DNA of 64,000 nucleotides from IMG/VR virus record IMGVR_UViG_3300028833_000004, one strand, 5' to 3'. The position numbers were made by a program, and so were the translations under genes. This stretch comes from a virus. Numbering within the stretch: the stretch's first letter is position 1; each line of letters starts with the position of its first letter. This document shows, in pieces, positions 51,227 to 60,763 of the stretch. Under the pieces are notes generated by a model. The model was given only the letters and a program-made list of their open reading frames with translations. It ran no database searches and was not told the origin of the DNA.

Positions 51227-51511
51227 ATGATAACATTAGGAATTATTTTATTAGTAGTAGCATTTTTATGCGCGAGTACCTATTTTGTATCAATTTTTAT
51301 TGATTGTTATAATGAATCGGTTTTGAAAATTATTATGATATTGGGGGGCGTAACAGCTTTGTTAGGTGCAATTATAATAATAGTTTCTATAGCCTAAAAA
51401 CCGACCGATAAAGATGTATTGGATGGCAAAGCCGAGTATCGAGAAACACAAATAATAACAGGTACTGATACTGTTAAAACTTATCATATTATATGGAAAC
51501 AAGAGAATTAA
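51227..51511 (+). pseudogene. paralogue of 45967..46239 interrupted by an in-frame TAA
   Basis: TAA at 51395-51397. The downstream frame still matches the paralogue (DTVKTYHIIWKQEN vs DTIKTYEIIWKQKN) and keeps the same overlap with the next gene. Confidence 0.6.
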
Positions 51512-51984
51512 AGATTGATGTGCCGGAAGGGTATGAGATAGACAAAGAAAAGTCTACTTTTGAACACATTGTGCTTAGAAAAATTTCTAATTCATTACCA
51601 AGGAGTTGGGATGAATATTGTAGGCAACAAAAAGATATGGGTCTTACTGGGTATTATCTTAATAATACTAAAATAAATGAATGTTCATGGAGAGATATGA
51701 GCATTCCTTCTAACTGGAGTAGTGTTTTACCTTCCAGAGAATTAGCAGAAGCAGTTTGTGCTTTGATGCAATTAATGTCCCTTAGACAAGCATGGATTGG
51801 TGACTGGGAACCTAATTGGGATGGATATACGTGCCATCATTGTATTGTTACTATTGAAAACAAATATTGTGTCCAACAATATTATGACTCTTATCGAGCT
51901 TTATCTTTTCCAACATCAGAAAAGGCAGAAGATTTTATGAATACCTTTAAAGATTTATTGGAAATTGCCAAGTCTTTAATATGA
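51493..51984 (+). CDS. hypothetical protein, METKELKIEIP family (163 aa)
   Basis: Track ORF. Paralogue of 46221..46733. Confidence 0.65.
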   Translation: METRELKIDVPEGYEIDKEKSTFEHIVLRKISNSLPRSWDEYCRQQKDMGLTGYYLNNTKINECSWRDMSIPSNWSSVLPSRELAEAVCALMQLMSLRQAWIGDWEPNWDGYTCHHCIVTIENKYCVQQYYDSYRALSFPTSEKAEDFMNTFKDLLEIAKSLI

Positions 51985-52053
51985 TGAAGTCTTAATTTAT
52001 CTTTAGGATATTGATTTATTCTAAAGATACTAATTTTAAAATTTATTTTATTT

Positions 52054-52203
52054 ATGAATCCAAAATGGTGCAATTACCCGGACAATGAATTAGGAGATGC
52101 CACTACTCCAGGCTTAGGTTGTTGGGGATTATTAAATAAATTTGTAAAATCTGAAGAAGATTGTAAAGATTGTGAATTATATAAAAAATTAAAACAAGTA
52201 TGA
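52054..52203 (+). CDS. small Cys-containing protein (49 aa)
   Basis: ATG at 52054. The TGA overlaps ATG 52200. Confidence 0.4.
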   Translation: MNPKWCNYPDNELGDATTPGLGCWGLLNKFVKSEEDCKDCELYKKLKQV

Positions 52204-52625
52204 AACAGTTACAAAGCGATTTTACAACCCCTGAGCAGTCAAAGAGACTGTTAGAATTAGGGCTTCCCGCTGATAGCGCGAATATGCATTATAAACAATA
52301 TTCTGAAGCGGTTGTTTATGTAGGTGAAGTCGGAGATGTTCCACAACCGAAAACATATTACATTCATGAGCCTGAATTAAGGCACATTAATCCAGAAGGA
52401 ACATGGACTTACAAAGATGGAGAAAAGATGAATTTAAGTGGAAAGTATGATGAATTAAGAAAAACAGACATTCCTTGTTGGTCAGTCGGTAGGCTGATTA
52501 AGATATACTTTATTTGCAGTTATCAGTCCGAAATTTTAATAGATTACACAATGGAAGATTTAGTTGATTATCTTGTATCACTCTTTGAGAGCGTAGCAAT
52601 GAACTTTTCAAAATTGGAGGAATAA
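52200..52625 (+). CDS. hypothetical protein, family Z (FTTPEQSKRLLELGLPADSA ... PCWSVGRLI ... FSKLEE)
   Basis: Track ORF. Paralogues at 59649 and 60011. Confidence 0.65.
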   Translation: MKQLQSDFTTPEQSKRLLELGLPADSANMHYKQYSEAVVYVGEVGDVPQPKTYYIHEPELRHINPEGTWTYKDGEKMNLSGKYDELRKTDIPCWSVGRLIKIYFICSYQSEILIDYTMEDLVDYLVSLFESVAMNFSKLEE

Positions 52626-52626
52626 T

Positions 52627-53022
52627 ATGGAAACAACAGATTTAATGATTGGAGATTGGGTTTTTTATAAAAATTTCAAAGGTAATTTAGTACCTCATAA
52701 AATTATATGTATTAGTGAAACCTTTGCGGAATTTGAAGACCCTCCTTATAATTTGTATAAATATGAAAGAATGTATCCAATTCCTCTCACACCCGAGATA
52801 TTGGAGAAGAATGGGTTTGTAATATCAAGTGAACATGCAAATCTTTATTTTTCAGAAGGTGATGAAAAAATGAGTTTTTGCTTAAGAAAAATGTATGATA
52901 AATTAAACAACTTTGTGTTTTATGGGTCAATATGTTATAATATAGTGAGTCCAATTAAATATGTTCACGAACTCCAACACGCACTTAAACTTTGTAAAAT
53001 TGATAAGGAGATTGTATTATGA
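52627..53022 (+). CDS. hypothetical protein, family X
   Basis: Track ORF. GGAGGA lies upstream of the ATG. Confidence 0.65.
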   Translation: METTDLMIGDWVFYKNFKGNLVPHKIICISETFAEFEDPPYNLYKYERMYPIPLTPEILEKNGFVISSEHANLYFSEGDEKMSFCLRKMYDKLNNFVFYGSICYNIVSPIKYVHELQHALKLCKIDKEIVL

Positions 53023-53459
53023 CTCACGAACAATTTATAGAACTTGAAACAGCCAAATTCGCTAAACAAGCAGGGTTTGATTGGGAAATAAATAGTTATC
53101 TATCGTATTATGGTAATTGCCCAGACAATCCACATTGGGCTGTATCTATTCAGCAAGAATATAAAGATTGGAATAATTACAAATTTAAACATATTCATGA
53201 GGCTTATTCCGCGCCCACTCAATCCGTCTTGCAAAGGTGGTTGAGAGAGATTAAGAATATACATATACAAATAATGTTTGATAGTAGTATAACTGTTAAT
53301 AAATACTATGTTATAATAAAAATAAAAGATGTAACAAAAACAAAAAATATTTATTATAATTTCTTAATGAGAGATAATCATATTTCTTATTTCGATACTT
53401 TCGAAGATGCTCTTGAAGCAGGCTTGAAACAATGTTTAACACTTTTAATTGAGAAATAA
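53019..53459 (+). CDS. hypothetical protein, family Y
   Basis: Track ORF. Confidence 0.65.
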   Translation: MTHEQFIELETAKFAKQAGFDWEINSYLSYYGNCPDNPHWAVSIQQEYKDWNNYKFKHIHEAYSAPTQSVLQRWLREIKNIHIQIMFDSSITVNKYYVIIKIKDVTKTKNIYYNFLMRDNHISYFDTFEDALEAGLKQCLTLLIEK

Positions 53460-53677
53460 TGTTAGTTAGATTTGCAATAATATGGGCATTGCTAAACATA
53501 GGTTGCCTGATTCGTGAAATAATGGAATATAGGAAGTCCAGTCGTTGGGGATGGAAATGGTGGTTAAAATACCACATAAGCGAACTGACAAGATTTGTAA
53601 TCTCTATAAACAAGGTGCTTATACTCGCTGCTATTGTGTATTGGGTATTAACTGGCTTCAAATTAAAGATATTATGA
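53459..53677 (+). CDS. small membrane protein (72 aa)
   Basis: Track ORF. Confidence 0.5.
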   Translation: MLVRFAIIWALLNIGCLIREIMEYRKSSRWGWKWWLKYHISELTRFVISINKVLILAAIVYWVLTGFKLKIL

Positions 53678-54108
53678 CCGAAGAACAAATCAAACAAAAC
53701 GCAGATATATATGCCGATAAATTGTATAAAGACGGCAGATGTATAGAAAGTACTGCCCCAACAATACAGGAAATATACATCGCAGGTGCTTATAGTCGTG
53801 ATGAGGAGATTGAACATTACCGCAGAATCGCCACTGCATATAAGATAGATGCACAAGATACGGCAGCTGAATGCGAAAGGCTACACGACATTATTGACAA
53901 ACTCCACAATCCGTGGATTAGCGTGGAGGATAGGTTGCCGGAAAAGATAAACACGTTTATGTCAGAGCCTGTCTTATGCCGTTATACAAGAGGCAACAAA
54001 GAATACTATCACGTTTGTCAATACGACTACGAGTTTGACGAGTGGCAAATAAGCAAAGTCACCCACTGGATGCCTATCCCAGAACTGCCGAAAGGAGGTG
54101 AGAAATGA
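53674..54108 (+). CDS. DUF551-like domain protein (144 aa)
   Basis: Track ORF 53545..54108 trimmed to the ATG overlapping the upstream TGA. The C-terminus WISVEDRLPE...VTHWMPIPELP matches the recalled DUF551 pattern. Confidence 0.6.
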   Translation: MTEEQIKQNADIYADKLYKDGRCIESTAPTIQEIYIAGAYSRDEEIEHYRRIATAYKIDAQDTAAECERLHDIIDKLHNPWISVEDRLPEKINTFMSEPVLCRYTRGNKEYYHVCQYDYEFDEWQISKVTHWMPIPELPKGGEK

Positions 54109-54341
54109 AACGTAAAAAGTTTTATATAGTATGTAGAGAATATTTAGATGGAAAGTTTTATTTAGGAGTGGATGATGAATTTGATAATTATCATGCTGGG
54201 GCTTTTGATAGTCAGAATTGGATATTAAAATTATTTCCAACTAAAGAATCAGCAAAATACTATTTACCTCCTTATGTTAAATTAGATGATTGTGATATAT
54301 ATTTAGAAGAGGTTTATATAGAATATTCTAAAAATTTATAA
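54105..54341 (+). CDS. hypothetical protein (78 aa)
   Basis: Track ORF. Ends with A-AAT-TTA-TAA. Confidence 0.55.
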   Translation: MKRKKFYIVCREYLDGKFYLGVDDEFDNYHAGAFDSQNWILKLFPTKESAKYYLPPYVKLDDCDIYLEEVYIEYSKNL

Positions 54342-54565
54342 GACGATCAAGATATAAAATAGGTGATGTTGTTTTACTTAAAAGTATTCATGGTTATAAG
54401 CATGTCCTTAAAATAGAGGATATGAAATATAATTTTAATGAAGGAGAATATGTTTATTATGACAGTGTTTCATTTGTTTATGAATCTAATATATTAGGTC
54501 TATTATCAGACTCTGAGGTAAAAGAATATGAACTATATTTAAAATTAAAAGAGAAATATGGATAA
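54332..54565 (+). CDS. ORF without a start codon in the -1 frame of 54105..54341 (77 codons)
   Basis: The frame opens right after TAA 54329-54331. Protein-like sequence KIGDVVLLKSIHGYKHVLKIEDM.... First ATG is only at codon 27. Confidence 0.4.
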   Translation, partial: KFIRRSRYKIGDVVLLKSIHGYKHVLKIEDMKYNFNEGEYVYYDSVSFVYESNILGLLSDSEVKEYELYLKLKEKYG

Positions 54566-54710
54566 ATATATCAGATTACCATGGCCTGAATATCAATCAT
54601 ATATGGAATATGAGGGTTATGAAGAAAATGCAGTATATGATGTATATAATAATACTGTATTTATGAGAGAAGATTGGTTTACTAAAATGAATGAAAAATA
54701 TGGGAACTAA
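54558..54710 (+). CDS. small hypothetical protein (50 aa)
   Basis: ATG at 54558, TAA at 54708. Confidence 0.4.
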   Translation: MDKYIRLPWPEYQSYMEYEGYEENAVYDVYNNTVFMREDWFTKMNEKYGN

Positions 54711-55125
54711 TTTTTATTGTGCTTACAGAATAACTCCTGAGAAGCATAAAACTCTACAAGAGTTATTAGATAAGAACATGTATAAAGAGTTAATTGATAC
54801 TCTTATGAATTTTACTAAAGAAATTCATATTGGTAAAAGAAGTTGTGGTTGGCAATTTCTTTTTGAATCAGGTCCTTGGGAATGTAATTTACAATCTATT
54901 AAAGATTTCTTGAGTCAACCTGATATAGAAATTTATGATGAATATGGTATTTATTTCACCTCTGAAGAATTTTGGAAAGAGATTGAAGATTGTTTATATA
55001 GAGATGAAAATCATGGTAATGCTAAAGACTATGACAAGAAATATCCATCAGGTTACTGTGTAGCTCCTTATGAATTTACTTCTGAAGACGGTTTAAGATT
55101 TTCTAAAAATATAGATTTTTTCTAA
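54691..55125 (+). CDS. hypothetical protein (144 aa)
   Basis: Track ORF. Confidence 0.6.
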   Translation: MKNMGTNFYCAYRITPEKHKTLQELLDKNMYKELIDTLMNFTKEIHIGKRSCGWQFLFESGPWECNLQSIKDFLSQPDIEIYDEYGIYFTSEEFWKEIEDCLYRDENHGNAKDYDKKYPSGYCVAPYEFTSEDGLRFSKNIDFF

Positions 55126-55200
55126 TGAATAAAGTATTTTTCTTTTTAGGTATAATTTGTATAGTACTAGGTGTAGTATTATATTTTAAATTTTTTAATA

Positions 55201-55422
55201 ATGATTTATTTTGTTAATATAGAAAATAGTGAGCTTATTGCTCAAAGTTTTGAAAATAATAGTCCAATTATTCCTTAAAAAGGTGATGAAATTTTTTTAA
55301 AAAATGATAATTAGCTAGTTGAAGAACGTAATTTTACATATGAAGATACTGAAGGAGCTGACGCTCATGTATCTTATAAAACTTTATATGTTTGTTTAAA
55401 AAAGATAAAAGAAAATGAATGA
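55201..55422 (+). pseudogene. 73-codon reading frame interrupted by TAA (55276) and TAG (55312)
   Basis: All three segments look protein-like and share one frame. Confidence 0.35.
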
Positions 55423-55570
55423 AGAATTATTAGCTCAGTCTTATTGTAATAAGATGGGATATTATCCAGAAGATGACTGGAGTAATCAATTAATTTCATT
55501 AATTAAACTCGCTTTTATAGCAGGTTATAAACTTAAAAGAGATGAAAACATTAGTTCAAGCAATGAATGA
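55415..55570 (+). CDS. small hypothetical protein (51 aa)
   Basis: ATG at 55415, TGA at 55568. Confidence 0.4.
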   Translation: MNEELLAQSYCNKMGYYPEDDWSNQLISLIKLAFIAGYKLKRDENISSSNE

Positions 55571-57629
55571 GCATTTTAAACAAATGCTTACAAAATCAGA
55601 TACCTTATATAAGGTACAAGTTTCTGGTGAAGACCTTTGGGAAACTTATTTAAATGGATTTAATAAGAAACCAATTTTTAGAGATCCTGCATCTTCTGAA
55701 TATAATTGTAATAATTGTAAACATTTCATTACGCATTATGGAAATATTGTTATTATAAATAATGACAATTCCATTACATCTATCTTTGATTTTAAAGTTC
55801 CTGATGAATGTAAAGATGAATATGAAAAAACTATCAAAGATTTAAGTAATCTTATTCATTCATCTGTTGTAGGTAATGTTTTTAGTATAACTAAACATAC
55901 TATTGAAAGATCTAATTATAGTAAATGTTATACTCCTAAATACCGACATATAGGAATTTCTGAGAATCATAAAATTTATACTCAAGAAGAGGCTGATAAA
56001 TTTGGAGTAGTTAAGCCAAATCAATTATATACATTTTATCATTTCTATTTAGAAATTCCTGAACGATATATACTTGATACAGAAGAGTCTTTAGAATCAA
56101 TAAATGCCAAACATTTATCTGATTTTGAAGCACTTTATAAAGCCTTGAATGAATTTTCTTCAGATACTATAGAATTGGCTATAGAGTTAATTAAGAATCA
56201 AGCACTTTTAAATGCTGAGAAAGATGTTTATAAATTAACTGCTTTATTAAACTTAAAAAAGGAGTTTGATCTAGTACCTAAATCTCAACGACATAATTGG
56301 GTATGGAAACAATGTGTTTCTTTTAAGTATTGTCATATTTATGGGGAACTTATTGGTACACTATTAAAAGATTTATCTTCAAAAGATTTGGAAGATGCTT
56401 GCAGAGATTGGAATTACAGAGTTGATCCAATAAATTATATGCGGGCTCAGAAACCAATTACTAAAAATCAAATAAAATTAGCTCAGCAGTTTGTTGAAGA
56501 AAATGGATATTTGGAATCCTTTGATAGAAGATGTGCAACTATCGATGATATTTCAGTATCCGAGATAATTCATATTAATAATAAATCTAAATCAATATCA
56601 ATTTTTGATACATTAATATCAAAAACCACTACTAAACCTATTGATTTTGAGAATATTCCAGAAATTCCAATTCAAGAATTTATGGATAATATTCTGCCAA
56701 AATGTACTTCATTAGAAGCTTATTTTGACAATAAACATGTTAATAATTTAGTAACTCTTATTACCGCAAAAAATAAAGAGTCTAAACCAATGTTTAAATG
56801 GAAAAACAACTTCTCATGGACTTATATAGGAGATTTATCTGGAAAATCTTTGATTACTCAAGCAGTAAAAAATGCTGGAGGCTTTGTTGATGCACCATTT
56901 AGATTTTCTATAATGTGGAATGAAGATGGGCGAAGTATTTGTGATTTAGATGCACATTGTGTCACACCTCTTTTCAGAGAAATCTTTTTTGCAAATAAAT
57001 TTGATTCTACAAGTGGTGGTACCTTAGATGTTGATATGATTAGACCTGCTGGAGTGGGTGTAGAAAATATTTTCTGGAAAGATACTTCTAAAATACCTGA
57101 TGGTAATTATGAGTTTTTCATAGTTAATTACGATTGTGGAAGAAATTCTGGATGTAAGGCTGAACTATGTTTCTTAGATCAAGTTTGGACATATCAAATT
57201 GATAAAATGATTACCGATAGAATTTATATAGCAACACTTTCTATTAAGGGTGGAAAACTTATAGATATTAAACATTCTATAGAACCTATAGAGGTTAATA
57301 AGACTGTTTATAATATTTCTACAAACCAATTTTATCCAGTAAAATTAATGTGTTTGTCTCCAAATTATTGGGGAGATAATGTAGGGAATAAACATTATTT
57401 CTTCTTCTTAGAAGGATGTAGAACAGATGAAAAACTAAGGGGATTCCATAATGAATTTCTATGTGATGAATTAAAAAATCATCGCAAGGTTTTAGATGTT
57501 CTAGCATACTCTATGAAAGTTGAACCTGATAAGAATCAATTATCTGGTTTGGGATTTAATTCAACGGTTAAAGATGAATTAATTGTTAAAGCACATGGTA
57601 TTAATAAATTATTTAAAATTATTTTTTAA
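55542..57629 (+). CDS. large orphan protein (695 aa)
   Basis: Track ORF. Longest early-arm gene. No motif recognised. Confidence 0.75.
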   Translation: MKTLVQAMNEHFKQMLTKSDTLYKVQVSGEDLWETYLNGFNKKPIFRDPASSEYNCNNCKHFITHYGNIVIINNDNSITSIFDFKVPDECKDEYEKTIKDLSNLIHSSVVGNVFSITKHTIERSNYSKCYTPKYRHIGISENHKIYTQEEADKFGVVKPNQLYTFYHFYLEIPERYILDTEESLESINAKHLSDFEALYKALNEFSSDTIELAIELIKNQALLNAEKDVYKLTALLNLKKEFDLVPKSQRHNWVWKQCVSFKYCHIYGELIGTLLKDLSSKDLEDACRDWNYRVDPINYMRAQKPITKNQIKLAQQFVEENGYLESFDRRCATIDDISVSEIIHINNKSKSISIFDTLISKTTTKPIDFENIPEIPIQEFMDNILPKCTSLEAYFDNKHVNNLVTLITAKNKESKPMFKWKNNFSWTYIGDLSGKSLITQAVKNAGGFVDAPFRFSIMWNEDGRSICDLDAHCVTPLFREIFFANKFDSTSGGTLDVDMIRPAGVGVENIFWKDTSKIPDGNYEFFIVNYDCGRNSGCKAELCFLDQVWTYQIDKMITDRIYIATLSIKGGKLIDIKHSIEPIEVNKTVYNISTNQFYPVKLMCLSPNYWGDNVGNKHYFFFLEGCRTDEKLRGFHNEFLCDELKNHRKVLDVLAYSMKVEPDKNQLSGLGFNSTVKDELIVKAHGINKLFKIIF

Positions 57630-57631
57630 TT

Positions 57632-58006
57632 ATGTATAAAGAAGCTTCTAAAATGAAATTAAGATTTTCATCTAAAAAGGGAAATCTTACAGTTGAACAA
57701 TTATGGGATTTAACTATGTCCGATTTAAAGGATATTATTATAAATCTATATAATTCAAAACAAAAACCTAATCTTTCTGAGTTAGATTTCTTGCAAGTAG
57801 TATCTGAAGAAGATGAAATATCTAATTTAGCATACAATATTGCTGTTGACGTTTATAAGACACGACAAAAAGAATCTGAAGAGTATAAAAATAAACTTGA
57901 GAAAAAGGCTTATAATCAACACCTTGCTGATATTATTGCTGAAAAAGAAGATGCTGAATTGAGAAACAAATCAATTGAAGAATTAAAGGCAATGCTTAAA
58001 GATTAA
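57632..58006 (+). CDS. hypothetical protein (124 aa)
   Basis: Track ORF. Confidence 0.6.
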   Translation: MYKEASKMKLRFSSKKGNLTVEQLWDLTMSDLKDIIINLYNSKQKPNLSELDFLQVVSEEDEISNLAYNIAVDVYKTRQKESEEYKNKLEKKAYNQHLADIIAEKEDAELRNKSIEELKAMLKD

Positions 58007-58044
58007 TCTTATTAAGGGAGTGGGAAACCACTCCCTTTTACATT

Positions 58045-58443
58045 ATGAAAAATAAATTACATAAAATTCCAATTGATGTATATAATCTTGATTTATTAAT
58101 ATTTTTTGGACATATGTCAGAGTGTTGTAAACTTTTGTCTAAAAGATTAGATCAGAGATATATAGACAAGTTAATGGAAATGGGATCTGATAATAAGGGT
58201 TTGTTTTTTCATGTTCAAGATGTATATTTAATTTGGCTTCCAGATATTCCAAATACTTTTAGAAAATACGCGATATTAGTTCATGAGCTTGAGCATGCTA
58301 CCTATAGAATACTCACTTATAAAGACTTAATACATACTGCAGAAAGTGATGAAGGATATGCATATTTATTAGAGTATTTATATTATAAATCATTAGTACT
58401 TATAAATAATTTAAAAAAGAATAGAGATGAAAAAGAAATATAA
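58045..58443 (+). CDS. HExxH motif protein (132 aa), putative small zinc metallopeptidase
   Basis: Track ORF. Contains ILVHELEHATYRIL. Confidence 0.55.
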   Translation: MKNKLHKIPIDVYNLDLLIFFGHMSECCKLLSKRLDQRYIDKLMEMGSDNKGLFFHVQDVYLIWLPDIPNTFRKYAILVHELEHATYRILTYKDLIHTAESDEGYAYLLEYLYYKSLVLINNLKKNRDEKEI

Positions 58444-59656
58444 TATTATTGGGGATATTCATGGAAGATCCTGGTGGAAGAAGTTACTAATTGATGATGG
58501 GATAAATGTATTTGTAGGAGATTATTTTTCACCATATGAAGAAATTTCTTGGGAAAATCAAAAACAGAATTTTCTAAATATTTTGGATCTGAAGAAAGAA
58601 AATCCCAATATGTATGTACTATTAATAGGTAATCATGATGAAGATCATTGGCATTGGGGTGAGGAGTGCTCCAGACATGATTCGGAACATGAACAAGAAA
58701 TTAGGCAATTATTTGAGGAAAATAAAGAATATTTTCAAATGGCCTATAATATTGAAGAATTTGGTATTGTAACACATGCTGGAGTATCAGCTTATTGGTA
58801 TGTCAATAACCTTTATGATAAAAACATAATTCATGCACATTCAGATTTAAAAAGTTGCGTAGATGGAGATTTAGTTTATTCAAAAGGATTTTTTTATAAA
58901 AATGGTGATGAATTAATAAAGTTATCTGAAATTAAACCTTCTGAATTATCTAAAACAATTAACGATTTATGGAAACAAAATCCTCAAATCTTTAGTTTTT
59001 TTAATTGTGATGTAAATTATTTAGATACTTATGGTGATTTAATAACACAGTCACCTTGTTGGATACGTCCTAATTCATTATATAAATCTAATATCTATAG
59101 AAATTCTGAATTATTTCAAATCGTTGGGCATACTCAATTTTATGAAATTGTTCCATTACAAAAATTGACAGATTCAAATGATAAACTGTATTTTATTGAT
59201 TGTCTAGGATTTCAACCTCAATCTTTGGTTATTACTACCGATTCTGAAACTTATGAGGTTAGTACCAATAAAATACTTATAGCAAATCGATGGAAAACTC
59301 CTGATGGAACAATTCTTCATTCTAAGCATGTGCATGATTATGTAAGTCACACTGATAAGAATGGTGAACATTATTTTATCGACGGAGGAACTGATTATAT
59401 CAGAAGGTCGGTAAATAATGAACTTATGGAAAATATGTGCATTTATTCTGATTCTCCATTTGATGTTATTCGTACTGTATTGTATAGATTTCCAGCTAAT
59501 AAACCTATTTGTGAATTATCTAATGAACATTTACAAAATATTATTACTTATGAGTTAGATCATGGTAAAGATAATTCTCTATATGTCAATTATATTAGAA
59601 AAGAAATTGAATATAGAGCAAAGCACCATATTAAAATAGAGGATAATTATGATTAA
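58427..59656 (+). CDS. calcineurin-like metallophosphoesterase (409 aa)
   Basis: Track ORF. Contains IIGDIHGR, VFVGDYF, LLIGNHDEDHW and VTHAG, in the canonical order of phosphoesterase motifs. Confidence 0.7.
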   Translation: MKKKYNIIGDIHGRSWWKKLLIDDGINVFVGDYFSPYEEISWENQKQNFLNILDLKKENPNMYVLLIGNHDEDHWHWGEECSRHDSEHEQEIRQLFEENKEYFQMAYNIEEFGIVTHAGVSAYWYVNNLYDKNIIHAHSDLKSCVDGDLVYSKGFFYKNGDELIKLSEIKPSELSKTINDLWKQNPQIFSFFNCDVNYLDTYGDLITQSPCWIRPNSLYKSNIYRNSELFQIVGHTQFYEIVPLQKLTDSNDKLYFIDCLGFQPQSLVITTDSETYEVSTNKILIANRWKTPDGTILHSKHVHDYVSHTDKNGEHYFIDGGTDYIRRSVNNELMENMCIYSDSPFDVIRTVLYRFPANKPICELSNEHLQNIITYELDHGKDNSLYVNYIRKEIEYRAKHHIKIEDNYD

Positions 59657-60008
59657 TATGAGAAAACTGCAAAATAATTTTACTACCTCTGAACAATCAG
59701 AACAACTTCTTAAATTAGGAGTGCCTGCTGATAGTGCTGATATGTATTATAAGCGTACGATGCTTGATCCTTACATATTTACTCTTGGTGTTCGTTTTTC
59801 TGTATATGCAGAAGTAGAAGATATAGTTCCTTGTTGGTCTGTAGGCCGACTGATAGAAATATTAAGGATTTGTGTAACTGATGAAGAAGAAATAGTTGAA
59901 ATAATGGAAAATCTTATATATTGGACACTATTAGACCTTACAGATTTTTTATTACAAACATATCAAGAGTATAAAGAGGTTATTGATTTTTCAAAACTGG
60001 AGGATTGA
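59649..60008 (+). CDS. hypothetical protein, family Z
   Basis: Track ORF. Confidence 0.6.
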   Translation: MINMRKLQNNFTTSEQSEQLLKLGVPADSADMYYKRTMLDPYIFTLGVRFSVYAEVEDIVPCWSVGRLIEILRICVTDEEEIVEIMENLIYWTLLDLTDFLLQTYQEYKEVIDFSKLED

Positions 60009-60010
60009 GT

Positions 60011-60370
60011 ATGAAACAATTATCAAATAATTTCACGACCCCTGAACAGTCAAAAAGATTGCTTGAGTTGGGACTGCCTGCTGATAGTTCTGATTGTTAC
60101 TATGATTGGTATGGTATGAAGTCTGAATCATATCCATATAAAGTTATATCAGTATTTAATGGAGATGATACTTTTTCTATTTTAAAAGATAGATTTAAAA
60201 GAGAACTTCTTCCCTGCTGGTCTGTTGGAAGGTTGATTGAGATACTATGTATTTGTAAAAAAGGCGAAGAAGTATCATTTTATACTTGGTCAGATAAAGT
60301 TGATTTAGTAGAATGGATAATTTATAAAATAGAAGTAGCAGAACCCGACTTTTCAAAACTGGAGGAATGA
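60011..60370 (+). CDS. hypothetical protein, family Z
   Basis: Track ORF 60005..60370 trimmed to the ATG. GGAGG lies upstream. Confidence 0.6.
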   Translation: MKQLSNNFTTPEQSKRLLELGLPADSSDCYYDWYGMKSESYPYKVISVFNGDDTFSILKDRFKRELLPCWSVGRLIEILCICKKGEEVSFYTWSDKVDLVEWIIYKIEVAEPDFSKLEE

Positions 60371-60750
60371 TTATGAAACAAATTTATAATTATACACAGC
60401 AGTCTATTTCGTATGATGGTGGATGGGATGATTATCGATACTACCAATGTGAAACAGAGGAAGAGTATAGGCAGTGTGTCGCTAAGGCACTGAGTGATGT
60501 TGAGGACTATACTCGGCGAGGTTATGCTGCTTTCATTAATATTGACCAAGATACCAAGATAGTTACTCGTCAGTATCATTCGCCCGGTTGCGGATGGATT
60601 GGTAGAATCTTCGATGCCGAAGGTTTGGCTGTACATAAGCGCTTTGAGCGAAGTAATGAACATTGTTATTATATTCGTCCCGACACGTTTGTCGAGCAAC
60701 CACAACCTAAGCGAGAAGTATCATTCATGGACGCATTAACAGACTCATAA
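60367..60750 (+). CDS. hypothetical protein (127 aa), GC-richer
   Basis: Track ORF. Confidence 0.6.
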   Translation: MIMKQIYNYTQQSISYDGGWDDYRYYQCETEEEYRQCVAKALSDVEDYTRRGYAAFINIDQDTKIVTRQYHSPGCGWIGRIFDAEGLAVHKRFERSNEHCYYIRPDTFVEQPQPKREVSFMDALTDS

Positions 60751-60763
60751 AAGAAGCATAATT

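Noticed and set aside
53311-53856. A 181-aa minus-strand ORF antisense to three plus-strand genes. The same applies to 57319..57507, 57619..57837, 60322..60705 and 43930..44148.
   Set aside because: These are AT-rich antisense open frames with hydrophobic junk composition. The sense-strand genes have paralogues or motifs.
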